A DNA stretch of 64,000 nt from Dehalococcoidia bacterium. Its GTDB lineage: Bacteria > Chloroflexota > Dehalococcoidia > Bin125. A model generated the notes under the pieces. That model searched no databases, was not told the origin of the DNA, and was given only the letters and a program-made list of their open reading frames with translations. A program made the translations under genes and the position numbers. The DNA is taken from contig JAJEBU010000100.1 in NCBI GenBank assembly GCA_022822375.1, forward strand, positions 558 to 64,557, written 5' to 3'. The first letter of the stretch is position 1; every line of letters begins with the position of its first letter. Positions 18,153 through 27,825 of this stretch are shown piece after piece.

Positions 18153-18301
18153 ACCCAGCGTATCGCACGTGACGTTTCGAGTAACCGTACGGTTAGTGTG
18201 CGCTTGTTAGTTGCCTCTTCGCGTTATCGCTAGGACACTGAGGCACAGCATTACGTTAGGGCGGTGTAAGCGCCCACATAGAAACGGGAGTGAGGGAGAC
18301 G
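18153..18301 (+). promoter_or_regulatory. AT-richer divergent intergenic region upstream of the HU gene (putative promoter/RBS region)
   Basis: About 150 bp with markedly lower GC than the flanks (...gtaaccgtacggttagtgtgcgcttgttagttgcctcttcgcgttatcgctagg...), ending in GGGAGTGAGGGAGACG just before the ATG. No promoter hexamers were assigned confidently. Confidence 0.3.
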
Positions 18302-18619
18302 ATGGCGGGAGAACGACCGAAGACCAAGGCACAGATTGCACGGGCACTCGCGGAAAAGACCGGCTTCACCAACGGTGAAGTGTCCGTGGTGCTTGACGCC
18401 CTCAGCGACCTCGTGATCGAAGACCTGTCGCCGGGCGGACCCGGCTCGGTTACGGTGGCCGGCCTGATCAAGGTAGATGTCGTGGCGCAGACCGCGCGGC
18501 CGGAGCGTCAGGGACGCAACCCGGCCACGGGCGAGGCGATCACCATCGCGGCGCGCCCGGCCGTGGAGCGCGGCAAGGTTCGCGTTCGCGCCCTCAAGCG
18601 CCTGCGAGACGTCCTCTAA
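18302..18619 (+). CDS. hup: HU-family DNA-binding protein (histone-like)
   Basis: ORF 18290..18619; ATG at 18302 (MAGERPKTKAQIARALAEKTGFTNGEV...). The GLIKVDVVAQTARPERQGRNPATGEAITIAARP beta-arm is typical HU/IHF. Confidence 0.85.
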   Translation: MAGERPKTKAQIARALAEKTGFTNGEVSVVLDALSDLVIEDLSPGGPGSVTVAGLIKVDVVAQTARPERQGRNPATGEAITIAARPAVERGKVRVRALKRLRDVL

Positions 18620-18647
18620 CCCTGCGGACACCGACGACTGCAGTCCG

Positions 18648-19841
18648 ATGGCTCTGTTGCCGCCAAGCCATGATGCTGGGCGGGAACTGATCGCGCGCCT
18701 CGAGCCGCACCGCGAGACGCTGGCCGAGTACGCGCGCGTACACGACCGCGATGCGTCGTTTCCCTTCGCGTCATTCGCGATCCTGGCCGACATCGGCTGG
18801 CTCTCGGCTCCGGTCCCGCGCGAGTATGGCGGGCAGGAATGCCGGCTGTCCGACCTCGTCGCCGCCCAGACCGCACTGGCCAAGCTCGACATGGCGCTCG
18901 CGTTCTCTTGCGGCATGCACCTGATGTCGGTCGGTTCTGAACGCTCCAACCGCTCCTGGCCCGATCCACTGCGCGAGCGCATCTTCCGCAGCGTCGTCGA
19001 TGATGGCGCGCTGCTCAATCAGGTCGCCACAGAGCCCGAGATGGGATCGCCGCAAGGCGGTGGACGCCCGCAAACAGTCCTGACCCCCGACCGCGACGGC
19101 CGTTGGCGCATCAACGGGCGCAAATCGTTCACCACACTCGCGCCGCTGCTGACATGGTTTCTCACCTACTGCGCGGTCGAGGACGGCTCGGGCATGCTGG
19201 CGCGAGTGGCCGTACACCGAGACTCGCCAGGGCTGCGCATTGAGGAAACTTGGGACGTCGTCGGCCTGCGCTCGACCGGCTCCCACGATGTGTGGTTCGA
19301 CAACGTCCCGGTCAGCGACGACGAGTTCCTGATCCGCCAGGAGCCAAGGCAGGCAGGTCAGCGGCACGGTGACTTTGCCTGGTTTGCGCTGCTCGTCTCG
19401 GCGGCGGCGCTGGGCGTGGCCGAGGCCGCCCGCGACTACACGGTCGACTTCGTGCGGCATCGACGACCCGGCGGCGCACCCGGCGTGATTGGCAGTTTGC
19501 CGACGGTCCGCGCGCAGATCGGCGAGATCGACTTGCGGATCATGGCAGCGCGGGCGCTGCTGCACGAAACAGCGACGGCGTGGGACGACCTGGACCACGA
19601 GGCGCGCGTCGCGCTGGGTCCGCGCGTCGCGGCGGCGAAGCTGCACGCCGGCGACACCGCCGTTGATATCGTTGACCGCTGCATGCGTCTCGTCGGCGGC
19701 ATCTCTCTGCACCGATCCGAACCGCTGGAGCGCTACTACCGCGACGTTCGCGGCCCGCTGCACAACCCACCCATCACGCCGCGCGGCCTCGAAGTCATCG
19801 CCGCTGCCGCGCTCGATCCGTTGCCCGACCTCACTTCTTGA
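18648..19841 (+). CDS. acyl-CoA dehydrogenase family protein
   Basis: ORF 18477..19841 trimmed to the ATG at 18648 (MALLPPSHDAG...). ACAD fold motifs: ...GGQECRLSDLV..., TEPEMGSPQGG, C-terminal ERYYRDVRG. Confidence 0.8.
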   Translation: MALLPPSHDAGRELIARLEPHRETLAEYARVHDRDASFPFASFAILADIGWLSAPVPREYGGQECRLSDLVAAQTALAKLDMALAFSCGMHLMSVGSERSNRSWPDPLRERIFRSVVDDGALLNQVATEPEMGSPQGGGRPQTVLTPDRDGRWRINGRKSFTTLAPLLTWFLTYCAVEDGSGMLARVAVHRDSPGLRIEETWDVVGLRSTGSHDVWFDNVPVSDDEFLIRQEPRQAGQRHGDFAWFALLVSAAALGVAEAARDYTVDFVRHRRPGGAPGVIGSLPTVRAQIGEIDLRIMAARALLHETATAWDDLDHEARVALGPRVAAAKLHAGDTAVDIVDRCMRLVGGISLHRSEPLERYYRDVRGPLHNPPITPRGLEVIAAAALDPLPDLTS

Positions 19842-20973
19842 ACGTCGTCGTCAACCGCTCAGCGACGGCCAGGCGCTGATGGTGAGCGCTGCGCACGAGC
19901 CGATGCCAGCGAATCTCTCGAGCCCAACGTTCCAGGGGCAGATCGGCCGAACCACCGGCGGGTCCATGCAGGTCCATCGCGCGGTCGACGACGGCTGCAG
20001 CCGTCTCGGCGGCGAACGCCGCGGCCGGCAGCGTTGCTGCTGCGTCGTCCGCTGCCGACAGATACATCGCCCGCGACGCGGCCACGGCAATCTCATTGTC
20101 CGCCAAGGCCAGGCGCGCTCGCTGACCCGCAGCGAGCGGAGCCCCATGCTCGCGCCGGCCCCAGACCGCGCCGCGGCACATATCCTGAGCCGCTGACGCG
20201 ACACCAGTCAGAAACGCGGGATCAAAGCGGCAGCGCTGCAGCATCACGTCATTGGCAAACGCGGAACCCTTACCGGGTTCTCCGAGCATGTTCTCCGCAG
20301 GCACCTTGAGTGCCGAGAGATTCAGTTCCATCGTGTCGCGGCCGACCGCGATGGTCGGCCACGGACGCCACTGCTGGAATCCCACTCTGTCAGTCTCGAC
20401 GATGATTGCCGACACGCCGACACGCTCATTCGGCGTCTCTTCGGTGTTGGCGTAGACGATGCCGAAGTCGGCGTTCGACGCGTCCGACACGAACAGCTTC
20501 GTTCCATCCAGCATCCAGCCTTCCGGGTGCCGCTGCGCCCGGATTGTGACGATGTCTGGCGGCAGGAAGGCGAGATCTGGGTCTTGCAGTCCACGAAAGC
20601 AGGTCGCTCGACGCTGCAGCAGCGGGCTGAGGAAGCGTTCGCGCTGAGTAGGCGTTGCGGCGTAGAGCTGAGGCGGCGGATCGGGATCGAACAAGCCGTA
20701 GGCGGGATTGAGCACGCCGGCTCGGTGCTGCGAGAGTTCTTCCGCGATACGCAGCCGCTCAGCGTCGGACAACGTACCCGCAGGCCCGACGCCGCTGCCA
20801 GACGGCGCCATCAGGTGGTCAATGCCGAGTTCCGCGGCGCGTTCGAGGAGATCGGCAAACACGTTGGCCGGCAGATGCGGCGCGTTGGCGTCGACACGCT
20901 TCTCTTGCAGCCAGATTTCCCGCCGGACAAAGCGGCGGACTGACTGGACGATGAGGTCGAGCGCTTCGTCCAC
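19831..20973 (-). CDS. acyl-CoA dehydrogenase family protein
   Basis: A 380-aa ORF with an ACAD fold (NTEETPNERVGVSAIIVE..., C-terminal WAREIRWHRL). Its 3' end overlaps the convergent ACAD gene by 11 bp. Confidence 0.8.
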   Translation of the reverse strand: MDEALDLIVQSVRRFVRREIWLQEKRVDANAPHLPANVFADLLERAAELGIDHLMAPSGSGVGPAGTLSDAERLRIAEELSQHRAGVLNPAYGLFDPDPPPQLYAATPTQRERFLSPLLQRRATCFRGLQDPDLAFLPPDIVTIRAQRHPEGWMLDGTKLFVSDASNADFGIVYANTEETPNERVGVSAIIVETDRVGFQQWRPWPTIAVGRDTMELNLSALKVPAENMLGEPGKGSAFANDVMLQRCRFDPAFLTGVASAAQDMCRGAVWGRREHGAPLAAGQRARLALADNEIAVAASRAMYLSAADDAAATLPAAAFAAETAAAVVDRAMDLHGPAGGSADLPLERWAREIRWHRLVRSAHHQRLAVAERLTTTFKK

Positions 20974-20978
20974 GGCGG

Positions 20979-22199
20979 TTAACCCAGGGCGCCCTGCGCG
21001 GCGAGCTCGGCAAGGTCCTCGTCCGAGAGGCCGAGCTCCCGCAACACGTCGTGTGTGTGCTGTCCAGTCTTCGGCGCAGGTCCGCGCGGAGCGACGTCGG
21101 CGCCAGTGATCTCGAATGGCGTGTTCAGGGTGCGGAACGATCCCTCCGCGCCCTCAATGGTGCTCCACGCGTTCATTTCCTCCATCTGCGGGTCGTTGAT
21201 GACGTCCGTCAGCTCTGCAACCGGCGCCCACGTCAACGCCTCGGCCGTGAGCAGGGGCGACCATTCGGCGAGCGTCTTCGAACGAATCACATCGGCGATC
21301 ATCGCAGTCAGTTCGACGGTGTGCGCCTGCAGACCCGCCAGCGATCCGAATCGTTCGTCGCCAATCCATTCGGTGCGCCCGAGCGCGCGGCAGGCAGGCT
21401 CCCAGTAGCGCTCGCCGGTCGGCATCACGAGCATCAGCCAGCGACCATCGGCCGTCTCATACGAGTTGAACAGGGGGTTTCCCGGCGCGGCGCGATTGAT
21501 CCGTTGCGGCTGCTGCTCGGTGATCAACGCCGCCGAGACATCCGAACCAATCGTCCACGCGCCCGTTCGCTGTAGGGTGACCTCGACCGACTGCCCCTCG
21601 CCGGTGAGGTCGCGCAGCCTCAGCGCAGCGAGCGTCCCTGAGAGCAGGTTCAGCGCGGTCGCGTGGTCGCCTTGTCCGGGCCGACAGGGCATCGGCGGAC
21701 CGTCCGGCTCGCCGATCAGGCTCATGATGCCCGATCTCGACCAGAACGCGGAGTAGTCGAAGGCCGTCAGCGCCTGGTCGGGCCCGCGCGTGCCGTAGCC
21801 GGTCAGGACGACGTAGATCAGGCGCGGGTTGAGTGCATGCAGCGTCTCGCGGGAAAGGTCGTAGCGGGCGATGCGCGGCGCGGTGAGGTTGGTGATGAAG
21901 ATGTCAGCCTCCGCCGCCATGCGTCGCACGACATCGCTGCCGCCCGGCGTCTCCAATGACAGAGCGACGCCGCGCTTGCCGCGGTTGTCGAGCTCGTAGG
22001 GAGCGTCCACGTCTGCGCCCGGCGAGTAGCCAGGCTGTTGACCGCGCATCAAGGTGTGACGCCAGGCATCGCCGGCTGGATGCTCGACTTTAACCACGTC
22101 CGCGCCGAGATCGGCCATCAACGCCGCCGCTGACGGCGCTGCCAGCCAGTTCGCCACTTCCACCACGCGTATGCCGCTCAGAGGCGCCACCATGTGCAC
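20979..22199 (-). CDS. family-III CoA-transferase (CaiB/BaiF)
   Basis: A 406-aa ORF. MHMVAPLSGIRVVEVANWLAAPSAAALMADLGADVVKVE is the signature N-terminus. Carries the catalytic-Asp motif (TAFDYSAFWSRSGIMSLIG). Confidence 0.85.
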   Translation of the reverse strand: MHMVAPLSGIRVVEVANWLAAPSAAALMADLGADVVKVEHPAGDAWRHTLMRGQQPGYSPGADVDAPYELDNRGKRGVALSLETPGGSDVVRRMAAEADIFITNLTAPRIARYDLSRETLHALNPRLIYVVLTGYGTRGPDQALTAFDYSAFWSRSGIMSLIGEPDGPPMPCRPGQGDHATALNLLSGTLAALRLRDLTGEGQSVEVTLQRTGAWTIGSDVSAALITEQQPQRINRAAPGNPLFNSYETADGRWLMLVMPTGERYWEPACRALGRTEWIGDERFGSLAGLQAHTVELTAMIADVIRSKTLAEWSPLLTAEALTWAPVAELTDVINDPQMEEMNAWSTIEGAEGSFRTLNTPFEITGADVAPRGPAPKTGQHTHDVLRELGLSDEDLAELAAQGALG

Positions 22200-22267
22200 A
22201 TTCCAATCGATCGTACCAACTGTCGTTGCGATCTTAGCTGCGACGCAGTATCGGCTACCGTGCAGTC

Positions 22268-22909
22268 ATGACCACCACATCTGAACGACCCGTCACTGCG
22301 ATTGGCATCTCTGAATCGGCGTACGGAGTGCGCCAACCGATCCTCTTGCCCGAAGACTGGGAGCTGACGGACGAGCGCTTCGAGGAAATCTGCCAGCTCA
22401 ATCCGTTGAGCCAGTTCGAGCGCACCGAGGACGGAAGGCTGCACCAATTGAATGCTTCACGTGAACCCGTTCCTCGCTTCGAGGCCCTCATCAATGCCTA
22501 CATCGCCATGTGGGCCTTGTCGCATGGAGGAAGTGCGCGAGGAAACGGCCAGTACGACTTTGGAGACGGTCGCGCGATGATCCCCGACAGCTCTTGGGTG
22601 ACCCAAGACGTGCTGGACCGGCGGACGGATCGAACAGCCCGCTTCACGGAAGCGCCGGCGCTCGTCGTCGAGGTGGTCTCCATGCACGACGACATCGGCC
22701 AGCAGCAGGCGAAGATGGTGGAGTGGATCGCGCGGGGCTCGTCGCTTGGCTGGCTGATCGATCCGTGGCACGAGACGGTCTACGTCTATCGAGCCAGTGT
22801 TCCGAGTGCAGCGAGCGAACAACTGGATCGTCCTGAGGAGCTGAGCGGAGAGGACATCTGCCCCGGCCTCGTCGTGCCGATGCAGCCGCTCTGGGACATC
22901 GAAGCGTAA
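22268..22909 (+). CDS. Uma2-family endonuclease (DUF820, PD-(D/E)xK-like)
   Basis: A 213-aa ORF with the ALVVEVVS....(D/E)..K core layout typical of Uma2 proteins. A paralog sits at 48605..49204. Confidence 0.7.
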   Translation: MTTTSERPVTAIGISESAYGVRQPILLPEDWELTDERFEEICQLNPLSQFERTEDGRLHQLNASREPVPRFEALINAYIAMWALSHGGSARGNGQYDFGDGRAMIPDSSWVTQDVLDRRTDRTARFTEAPALVVEVVSMHDDIGQQQAKMVEWIARGSSLGWLIDPWHETVYVYRASVPSAASEQLDRPEELSGEDICPGLVVPMQPLWDIEA

Positions 22910-22918
22910 CGTCTGACT

Positions 22919-24295
22919 ATGCAGAATCGACCGACCGCAGCTCGCGTGCCCGATCCTGGTATCCGTGAGTTGTTCACCCGCGAAGCGCGTTGGCAGGCCT
23001 GGCTCGATGTCGAGGCGGCGCTCGCGCGGGCCGAGGGCGAGCTGGGCATGATCCCGGCCGATGCTGCTGTTGAGATCGCCAACCACTGTCGACTGGAGCT
23101 GTTGGATGTCGACAGGATCGAGGCTGGCCTCGCAGTCACGGCACACTCTCTGGTCCCGCTGATCTGGGAGCTGGACCGCGTGCTGGGCGAGCAGGTCGGC
23201 GCTGATGTTGGCGGTTATGTCCACTGGGGTGCGACGACGCAGAACATCACCCAGACCGGCGACCTGCTCCAGCTGCGCCGCGCTCACCACGTCATCCTCT
23301 CCCAGATCGGTCATCTGCTGACCAAGCTGGCGCCGCTCGCCGATCGTCACGCCGACGATCCGATCGCCGGCCGCACGCACGGCCAGCACGCCGTGCCCGC
23401 GACCTTTGGCTATAAGGTGGGTGCCTGGATCGACGAACTGTGCCGCCATGTTGACCGCTTTGCAGATGCCGAACCGCGCGTCTTCGTCGCCATGCTGGGC
23501 GGCGCGGCAGGCACACTCGCCTCGTTCGGGGAGCCGGGGCTCGAAGTCCAGCAGCGAATGGCCCGGCATCTGTCCATGCCGCCGATGCCGGTGCCGGGCC
23601 GCACCAGTCACGACCACCATGCCGAGTACTGCGCGATCCTGGCCATGCTCGCGGCGACCTGCCGAAAGATCGCCGATGAGACCTACACGCTGATGAAGCC
23701 CGAGTTTGGCGAGCTGGAAGAGCCCGTGCCGCCTGGCACGATCGGCAGCAGCACGATGCCCCAGAAGCGCAACCCGAAGCTCGCCCAGGACATCCGCGCC
23801 GCCTGCGCCCAGGTCACCGCGACCCTGCCCCTGGCACTCGATGCCATGCGCACCGAACACGAGGCTGACGGCTCGACCTCAGTGATGATCGAGCGCGCCA
23901 CCTCAGAGTCGGTCGCGCTCGTCGGAGATGTGCTCGCGCGCATGATCGTCCTCTTCGACGGCATCCAGGTGAACCCGCAGCGGATGCGCCGTAACCTCGA
24001 CCTCTCGGGCGGTCTGATCATGTCCGAACGGATCATGCTCGCGCTCGGCGAGAAGGTCGGACGGCAGCGCGCGCACGACATTGTGTACGAGCACGCCCAG
24101 GACGCGGCGGTGCAGGAAACCTCCTTCCGAGACCTGCTGGCCGGGGACGAAGAATTACGCCGCCATCTGTCAGAGGCTGAGTTGGACGACCTGCTCGACC
24201 CATCTGGGTATACCGGCGCCTGTGGCGCCATCGCGCGGAGCCAGGCCCAGCACGCGAGGTTGATGGCAGAACGCCTACACTCGCCGCAACAGTGA
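22919..24295 (+). CDS. class-I (fumarase/aspartase-fold) lyase, 3-carboxy-cis,cis-muconate cycloisomerase / adenylosuccinate lyase family
   Basis: A 458-aa ORF. GSSTMPQKRNP is the family signature loop. The N-terminal ...WLDVEAALARAEGELGMIP... is PcaB/PurB-like. Confidence 0.8.
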   Translation: MQNRPTAARVPDPGIRELFTREARWQAWLDVEAALARAEGELGMIPADAAVEIANHCRLELLDVDRIEAGLAVTAHSLVPLIWELDRVLGEQVGADVGGYVHWGATTQNITQTGDLLQLRRAHHVILSQIGHLLTKLAPLADRHADDPIAGRTHGQHAVPATFGYKVGAWIDELCRHVDRFADAEPRVFVAMLGGAAGTLASFGEPGLEVQQRMARHLSMPPMPVPGRTSHDHHAEYCAILAMLAATCRKIADETYTLMKPEFGELEEPVPPGTIGSSTMPQKRNPKLAQDIRAACAQVTATLPLALDAMRTEHEADGSTSVMIERATSESVALVGDVLARMIVLFDGIQVNPQRMRRNLDLSGGLIMSERIMLALGEKVGRQRAHDIVYEHAQDAAVQETSFRDLLAGDEELRRHLSEAELDDLLDPSGYTGACGAIARSQAQHARLMAERLHSPQQ

Positions 24296-24340
24296 TTGGA
24301 CTTGCGGCCGCGTGTCGCAACGTTGGAGAGGACCGCCAGC

Positions 24341-25021
24341 ATGTTGAAGTGGATCGTCCCCGTGAAGCGGCGCGAGGGAGTTGAGCGTGAATCGTTCGTT
24401 GAGTTCTGGCGCGCGATCCACGCGCCGCACGTGGCCAACCTGGCCAAGCCGGTCCGCTATTGCGTGACGATCTTCGACTCCGCCGGTTCATTGGGCGGCG
24501 GAGCGGCCGCCGACGAGATGCGCTACGACGGTGTCGCCGAACTCACCTTCCGCGACTTCGACCATTTCAGCGAGGCGTTTCACGAGAGCAAGGGTGGGCT
24601 GCGCGCGATTGACGGCTTTGCCAACCTGACAGATCCACAAACCGACGGCCTGTTCACCACTGAGCGCAGCTACGTCGATGAGGCCACGGCGGACGACGCC
24701 GTCAAGTGGGTCGCCTTCGTCAAGCGGGGCGACAGCGTGTCGCGCGAGGACCTGTTCTCGGCCTGGCGCTTCGGTCACTCCCCGCGCGTCGCCGAAGCGA
24801 TCGGACGATCGGCGGGGCAATGCACCCGATACACCGTCTCGCACGCTGATCAGGGCGTTGACGGCGGACCGTGGGACGGTATCGCCTCACTCTGGTTTGC
24901 CAATCAGGCAGCAGCGGGACGGCCGCTGCCCGCGACAGAGCCCGGCGACCCATTCCCCGCGCTGACCGATGGCGGCGCGACGGTCATCCTGCAGGGCCGC
25001 GAACACGTCATCGTCGCCTAG
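24341..25021 (+). CDS. tandem EthD-domain protein (dimeric alpha+beta barrel)
   Basis: ORF 24296..25021; ATG at 24341 (MLKWIVPVKRREGVERESFVEFW...). The second half repeats the pattern (VKWVAFVKRGDSVSREDLFSAW...). Overlaps the stop of the upstream lyase gene. Confidence 0.6.
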   Translation: MLKWIVPVKRREGVERESFVEFWRAIHAPHVANLAKPVRYCVTIFDSAGSLGGGAAADEMRYDGVAELTFRDFDHFSEAFHESKGGLRAIDGFANLTDPQTDGLFTTERSYVDEATADDAVKWVAFVKRGDSVSREDLFSAWRFGHSPRVAEAIGRSAGQCTRYTVSHADQGVDGGPWDGIASLWFANQAAAGRPLPATEPGDPFPALTDGGATVILQGREHVIVA

Positions 25022-25065
25022 ACTGGCGAGCACAGACCGGCATCGAGGCCGGGAGGGAGCACCGC

Positions 25066-26406
25066 ATGCGATTCGGCATCTTCTACGAACACCAGCTGCC
25101 CAAGCCCTGGAGCGACGGTCAGGAGCAGCAGCTCTTCCAGGACGCGCTCGACCAGGTCGAGTTGGCGGACAAGCTGGGCATTGACCACGCCTGGGAGGTA
25201 GAGCACCACTTCCTCGAGGAGTACTCGCACTCATCAGCGCCCGAGGTGTTCCTGGCAGCCGCGTCGCAGCGCACACAGAACATTCGACTCGGCCACGGCA
25301 TCGTCCTGATGCCACCGGGCTACAACCATCCGTCGCGGGTCGCCGAGCGGATCGCGACGCTAGATCTCGTCTCCAACGGACGCGTCGAATTCGGCACCGG
25401 TGAGTCCGCCTCGCGCGCTGAACTCGAGGGCTATCGGGTCAACCCCGAGGAGCGCCGTTCGATGTGGCTGGAGACAGTCGAACAGGTCGCCAACATGCTG
25501 GCGATGGACCCGTACCCCGGCTACGAAGGTCAGTACTTCTCGATGCCGACTCGCAACGTCGTGCCCAAGCCGGTCCAGCGCCCTCATCCACCGCTCTGGG
25601 TCGCCTGCTCTAACCGCGACACCATTCATCTCGCCGCCAAACTGGGCATCGGCGCGCTGACCTTCGCCTTCATCGACCCCGAAGAGGCGCAGCACTGGGT
25701 CAACGACTACTACGAGACGCTCAAGACGGAGTGCGTGCCGATTGGCCACACCGTCAACGCCAACATTGCGATGGTCTCCTCGTTCTCGGTGCACGAGAAC
25801 GAGGCTGAGGCTGAGCGCCGCGGCGGCGACGGGTTCCGCTTCTTCCAGTTTGCGCTGGGCCACCACTACGCCGCGGGCATGCACAAGCCGGGCCGCACCA
25901 ACATCTGGGGCGCCTGGGAACAGCTGCGCGACACATGGCCGCGACAGGGCGGCGAGGGCGGCATCGGCACCCCCGACCAGCTGCGTGCCCATCTGCGCAC
26001 CTTCGCCGAGTGCGGCGTCGACCAGTCCGTCTTCATCCAGCAGGCCGGCAACAACAAGCACGACCACATCTGCGAGGCGCTCGAGCTCTTTGCCAACGAC
26101 GTGATGCCTGAGTTCAAGGAGTTCGAGACCGAGCGAGTCGCGAAGAAGGAAGAGGAACTCGCGCCCTTCATCGAGGAAGCGTTCAAGCGCAAGGCGGAGC
26201 GCAACGAAATGCTGGCCGAACTCGCCGATGAGGACATCCCGATCTACGGCCCATACGGCTTCGACGTGGTCGCCAGCGCGGAGAACCGTCTCAGCGAGAC
26301 CTACCAGAACGAAGCCGCCGAGGAGCGAGCGCGAGAACAGGCCGCACGCTTCGAGGAGATGAAGAAGACTGCCAACCTCGCGGTCGAACTCGGGGCGCGC
26401 GACTAA
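25066..26406 (+). CDS. LLM-class flavin-dependent oxidoreductase (luciferase-like monooxygenase)
   Basis: ORF 24871..26406 trimmed to the ATG at 25066 (MRFGIFYEHQLPKPW...), preceded by GGGAGGGA. A 447-aa LLM TIM barrel with a long C-terminal helical tail. Confidence 0.8.
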   Translation: MRFGIFYEHQLPKPWSDGQEQQLFQDALDQVELADKLGIDHAWEVEHHFLEEYSHSSAPEVFLAAASQRTQNIRLGHGIVLMPPGYNHPSRVAERIATLDLVSNGRVEFGTGESASRAELEGYRVNPEERRSMWLETVEQVANMLAMDPYPGYEGQYFSMPTRNVVPKPVQRPHPPLWVACSNRDTIHLAAKLGIGALTFAFIDPEEAQHWVNDYYETLKTECVPIGHTVNANIAMVSSFSVHENEAEAERRGGDGFRFFQFALGHHYAAGMHKPGRTNIWGAWEQLRDTWPRQGGEGGIGTPDQLRAHLRTFAECGVDQSVFIQQAGNNKHDHICEALELFANDVMPEFKEFETERVAKKEEELAPFIEEAFKRKAERNEMLAELADEDIPIYGPYGFDVVASAENRLSETYQNEAAEERAREQAARFEEMKKTANLAVELGARD

Positions 26407-26414
26407 CGGAGCCG

Positions 26415-27254
26415 TCACGCTTCAGACTGATGCTCGCGCAGGAACTCCGTCACGAGCGCGGCGGTGCGCTCGGGGTGCTGGACATGTGGGAAATGCCCGC
26501 AGTCGGCCCAGACGTGGACCTGGGCGTCGGGAAATGTCTCCGTCTGCCGCTCGGCATAGCGCCAGCTAATGAATGGGTCATTGCGTCCGTGGATGACCAG
26601 GGCCGGCAGCGAATGGGGACGCAGCGCTTGACGGAAGATGCCGCCCTGATCGAAGTCGGTGCTGCGATAGAGCTCGAGCGTCACGCGGCGAGTCTCGCGG
26701 TCGTCCTCGGTGATCAGATCGTCGAGCCACTGAGCGGGTAGCTGCCGCCAGTTGCCTCGCTGCATCACCAGTTTGAACATCGGACGGGTCGTGGCCGCTT
26801 GCAGAATCTCGCCGGCAATCTTGGTCTTCCACAGATTGGCGATCCAGTTGCCGGGATAGTTCTCCAGCACACCGCCGGCGAGCAAGGTCAGCGAAGCGAT
26901 CCGACCAGGATGCATCGCCGCCCACATCAGCCCAGTCTGGGTGTGAAAGCTGTGCGCAATCAGATGGACGCGATCAAGGCCCAGCTCGTCAATCGCCGGC
27001 GCGAGCCAGGTCTGATAGTGCTCAATCGAATAGGTGAAGTCGCGCGGTTTGTCGGCGCGTCCAAAGCCCGGCAGGTCGAAGGCGACCGTGCGCATGACCT
27101 CGGCGGTGCGAGGCATTAGCCACTGGAAGTCCCGCCCGGAACCGGGCACGCTGTGCAGACAGACCGCGCCCTCTGACGCTTCGTCGTCGCCGGCGCTGGT
27201 CACGACGCCTGCCACGCCGTTGATCGTCAGCCGCTGCTCCCGCAGTTCAGCCAT
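26415..27254 (-). CDS. alpha/beta-fold hydrolase
   Basis: ORF 26415..27410 trimmed to the ATG at 27254 (MAELREQRLTINGV...). Nucleophile elbow HSFHTQ (G/HxSxG-like), and the C-terminal ...ADCGHFPH provides the His. Confidence 0.8.
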   Translation of the reverse strand: MAELREQRLTINGVAGVVTSAGDDEASEGAVCLHSVPGSGRDFQWLMPRTAEVMRTVAFDLPGFGRADKPRDFTYSIEHYQTWLAPAIDELGLDRVHLIAHSFHTQTGLMWAAMHPGRIASLTLLAGGVLENYPGNWIANLWKTKIAGEILQAATTRPMFKLVMQRGNWRQLPAQWLDDLITEDDRETRRVTLELYRSTDFDQGGIFRQALRPHSLPALVIHGRNDPFISWRYAERQTETFPDAQVHVWADCGHFPHVQHPERTAALVTEFLREHQSEA

Positions 27255-27825
27255 GCGGAACGCCTCGTTCAGCCTCCGGCGCCGCCGTCGGAGCGGTGGC
27301 GGCCGGTGACGGCACCCCTGAACCGTTGGCGCTGGCTGAGCCGCCTGACTGAGGCACGACGGTCGCGCACCAGGGACAGATTGCCCAGTCGCTGTCGAGC
27401 ACGCGATCACACGCCGCGCACGCTCGCCGCAGTGCCAACCCGCAGCTGGGACAAACCAGGTAATCGGGACCGATCAGGCAGCCGCAGCGTGGGTTGGGGC
27501 ACTCGCCCGAGCGCGCGAGTTCGCGCCGGAGTGCGCTGGACTCGAGCTCATGCTCTTCGGCTTCTTGCAGCGTGAGCGGCGGTCGGAGGACGCGGTAGAC
27601 GGCCAGGCCGGGAAAGTTGAAGACCAACACGATCAGCGTGCAGACCAGCTGCGCGATCGGTTCGCGCGTGCGTTGACTGATGTCTCGCGCGGTCCACACC
27701 ACGGCGGACAGCCAGAGAATGAGGACATAGGCGCCGACAATCAGTGCGACGATCAGTCCAGTGTTCTCGGGTGACCCGCCTGGCCAGGAGATCAGTGTTC
27801 CATCAAGCATGCGCAGCCTCGTCAC
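27247..27825 (-). CDS. membrane protein with a C-terminal double zinc ribbon
   Basis: A 192-aa ORF. Two predicted TM helices are followed by CPNPRCGCLIGPDYLVCPSCG and CAACDRVLDSDWAICPWC, a DZR-type arrangement. Overlaps the hydrolase gene by 8 bp. Confidence 0.55.
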   Translation of the reverse strand: MTRLRMLDGTLISWPGGSPENTGLIVALIVGAYVLILWLSAVVWTARDISQRTREPIAQLVCTLIVLVFNFPGLAVYRVLRPPLTLQEAEEHELESSALRRELARSGECPNPRCGCLIGPDYLVCPSCGLALRRACAACDRVLDSDWAICPWCATVVPQSGGSASANGSGVPSPAATAPTAAPEAERGVPHG

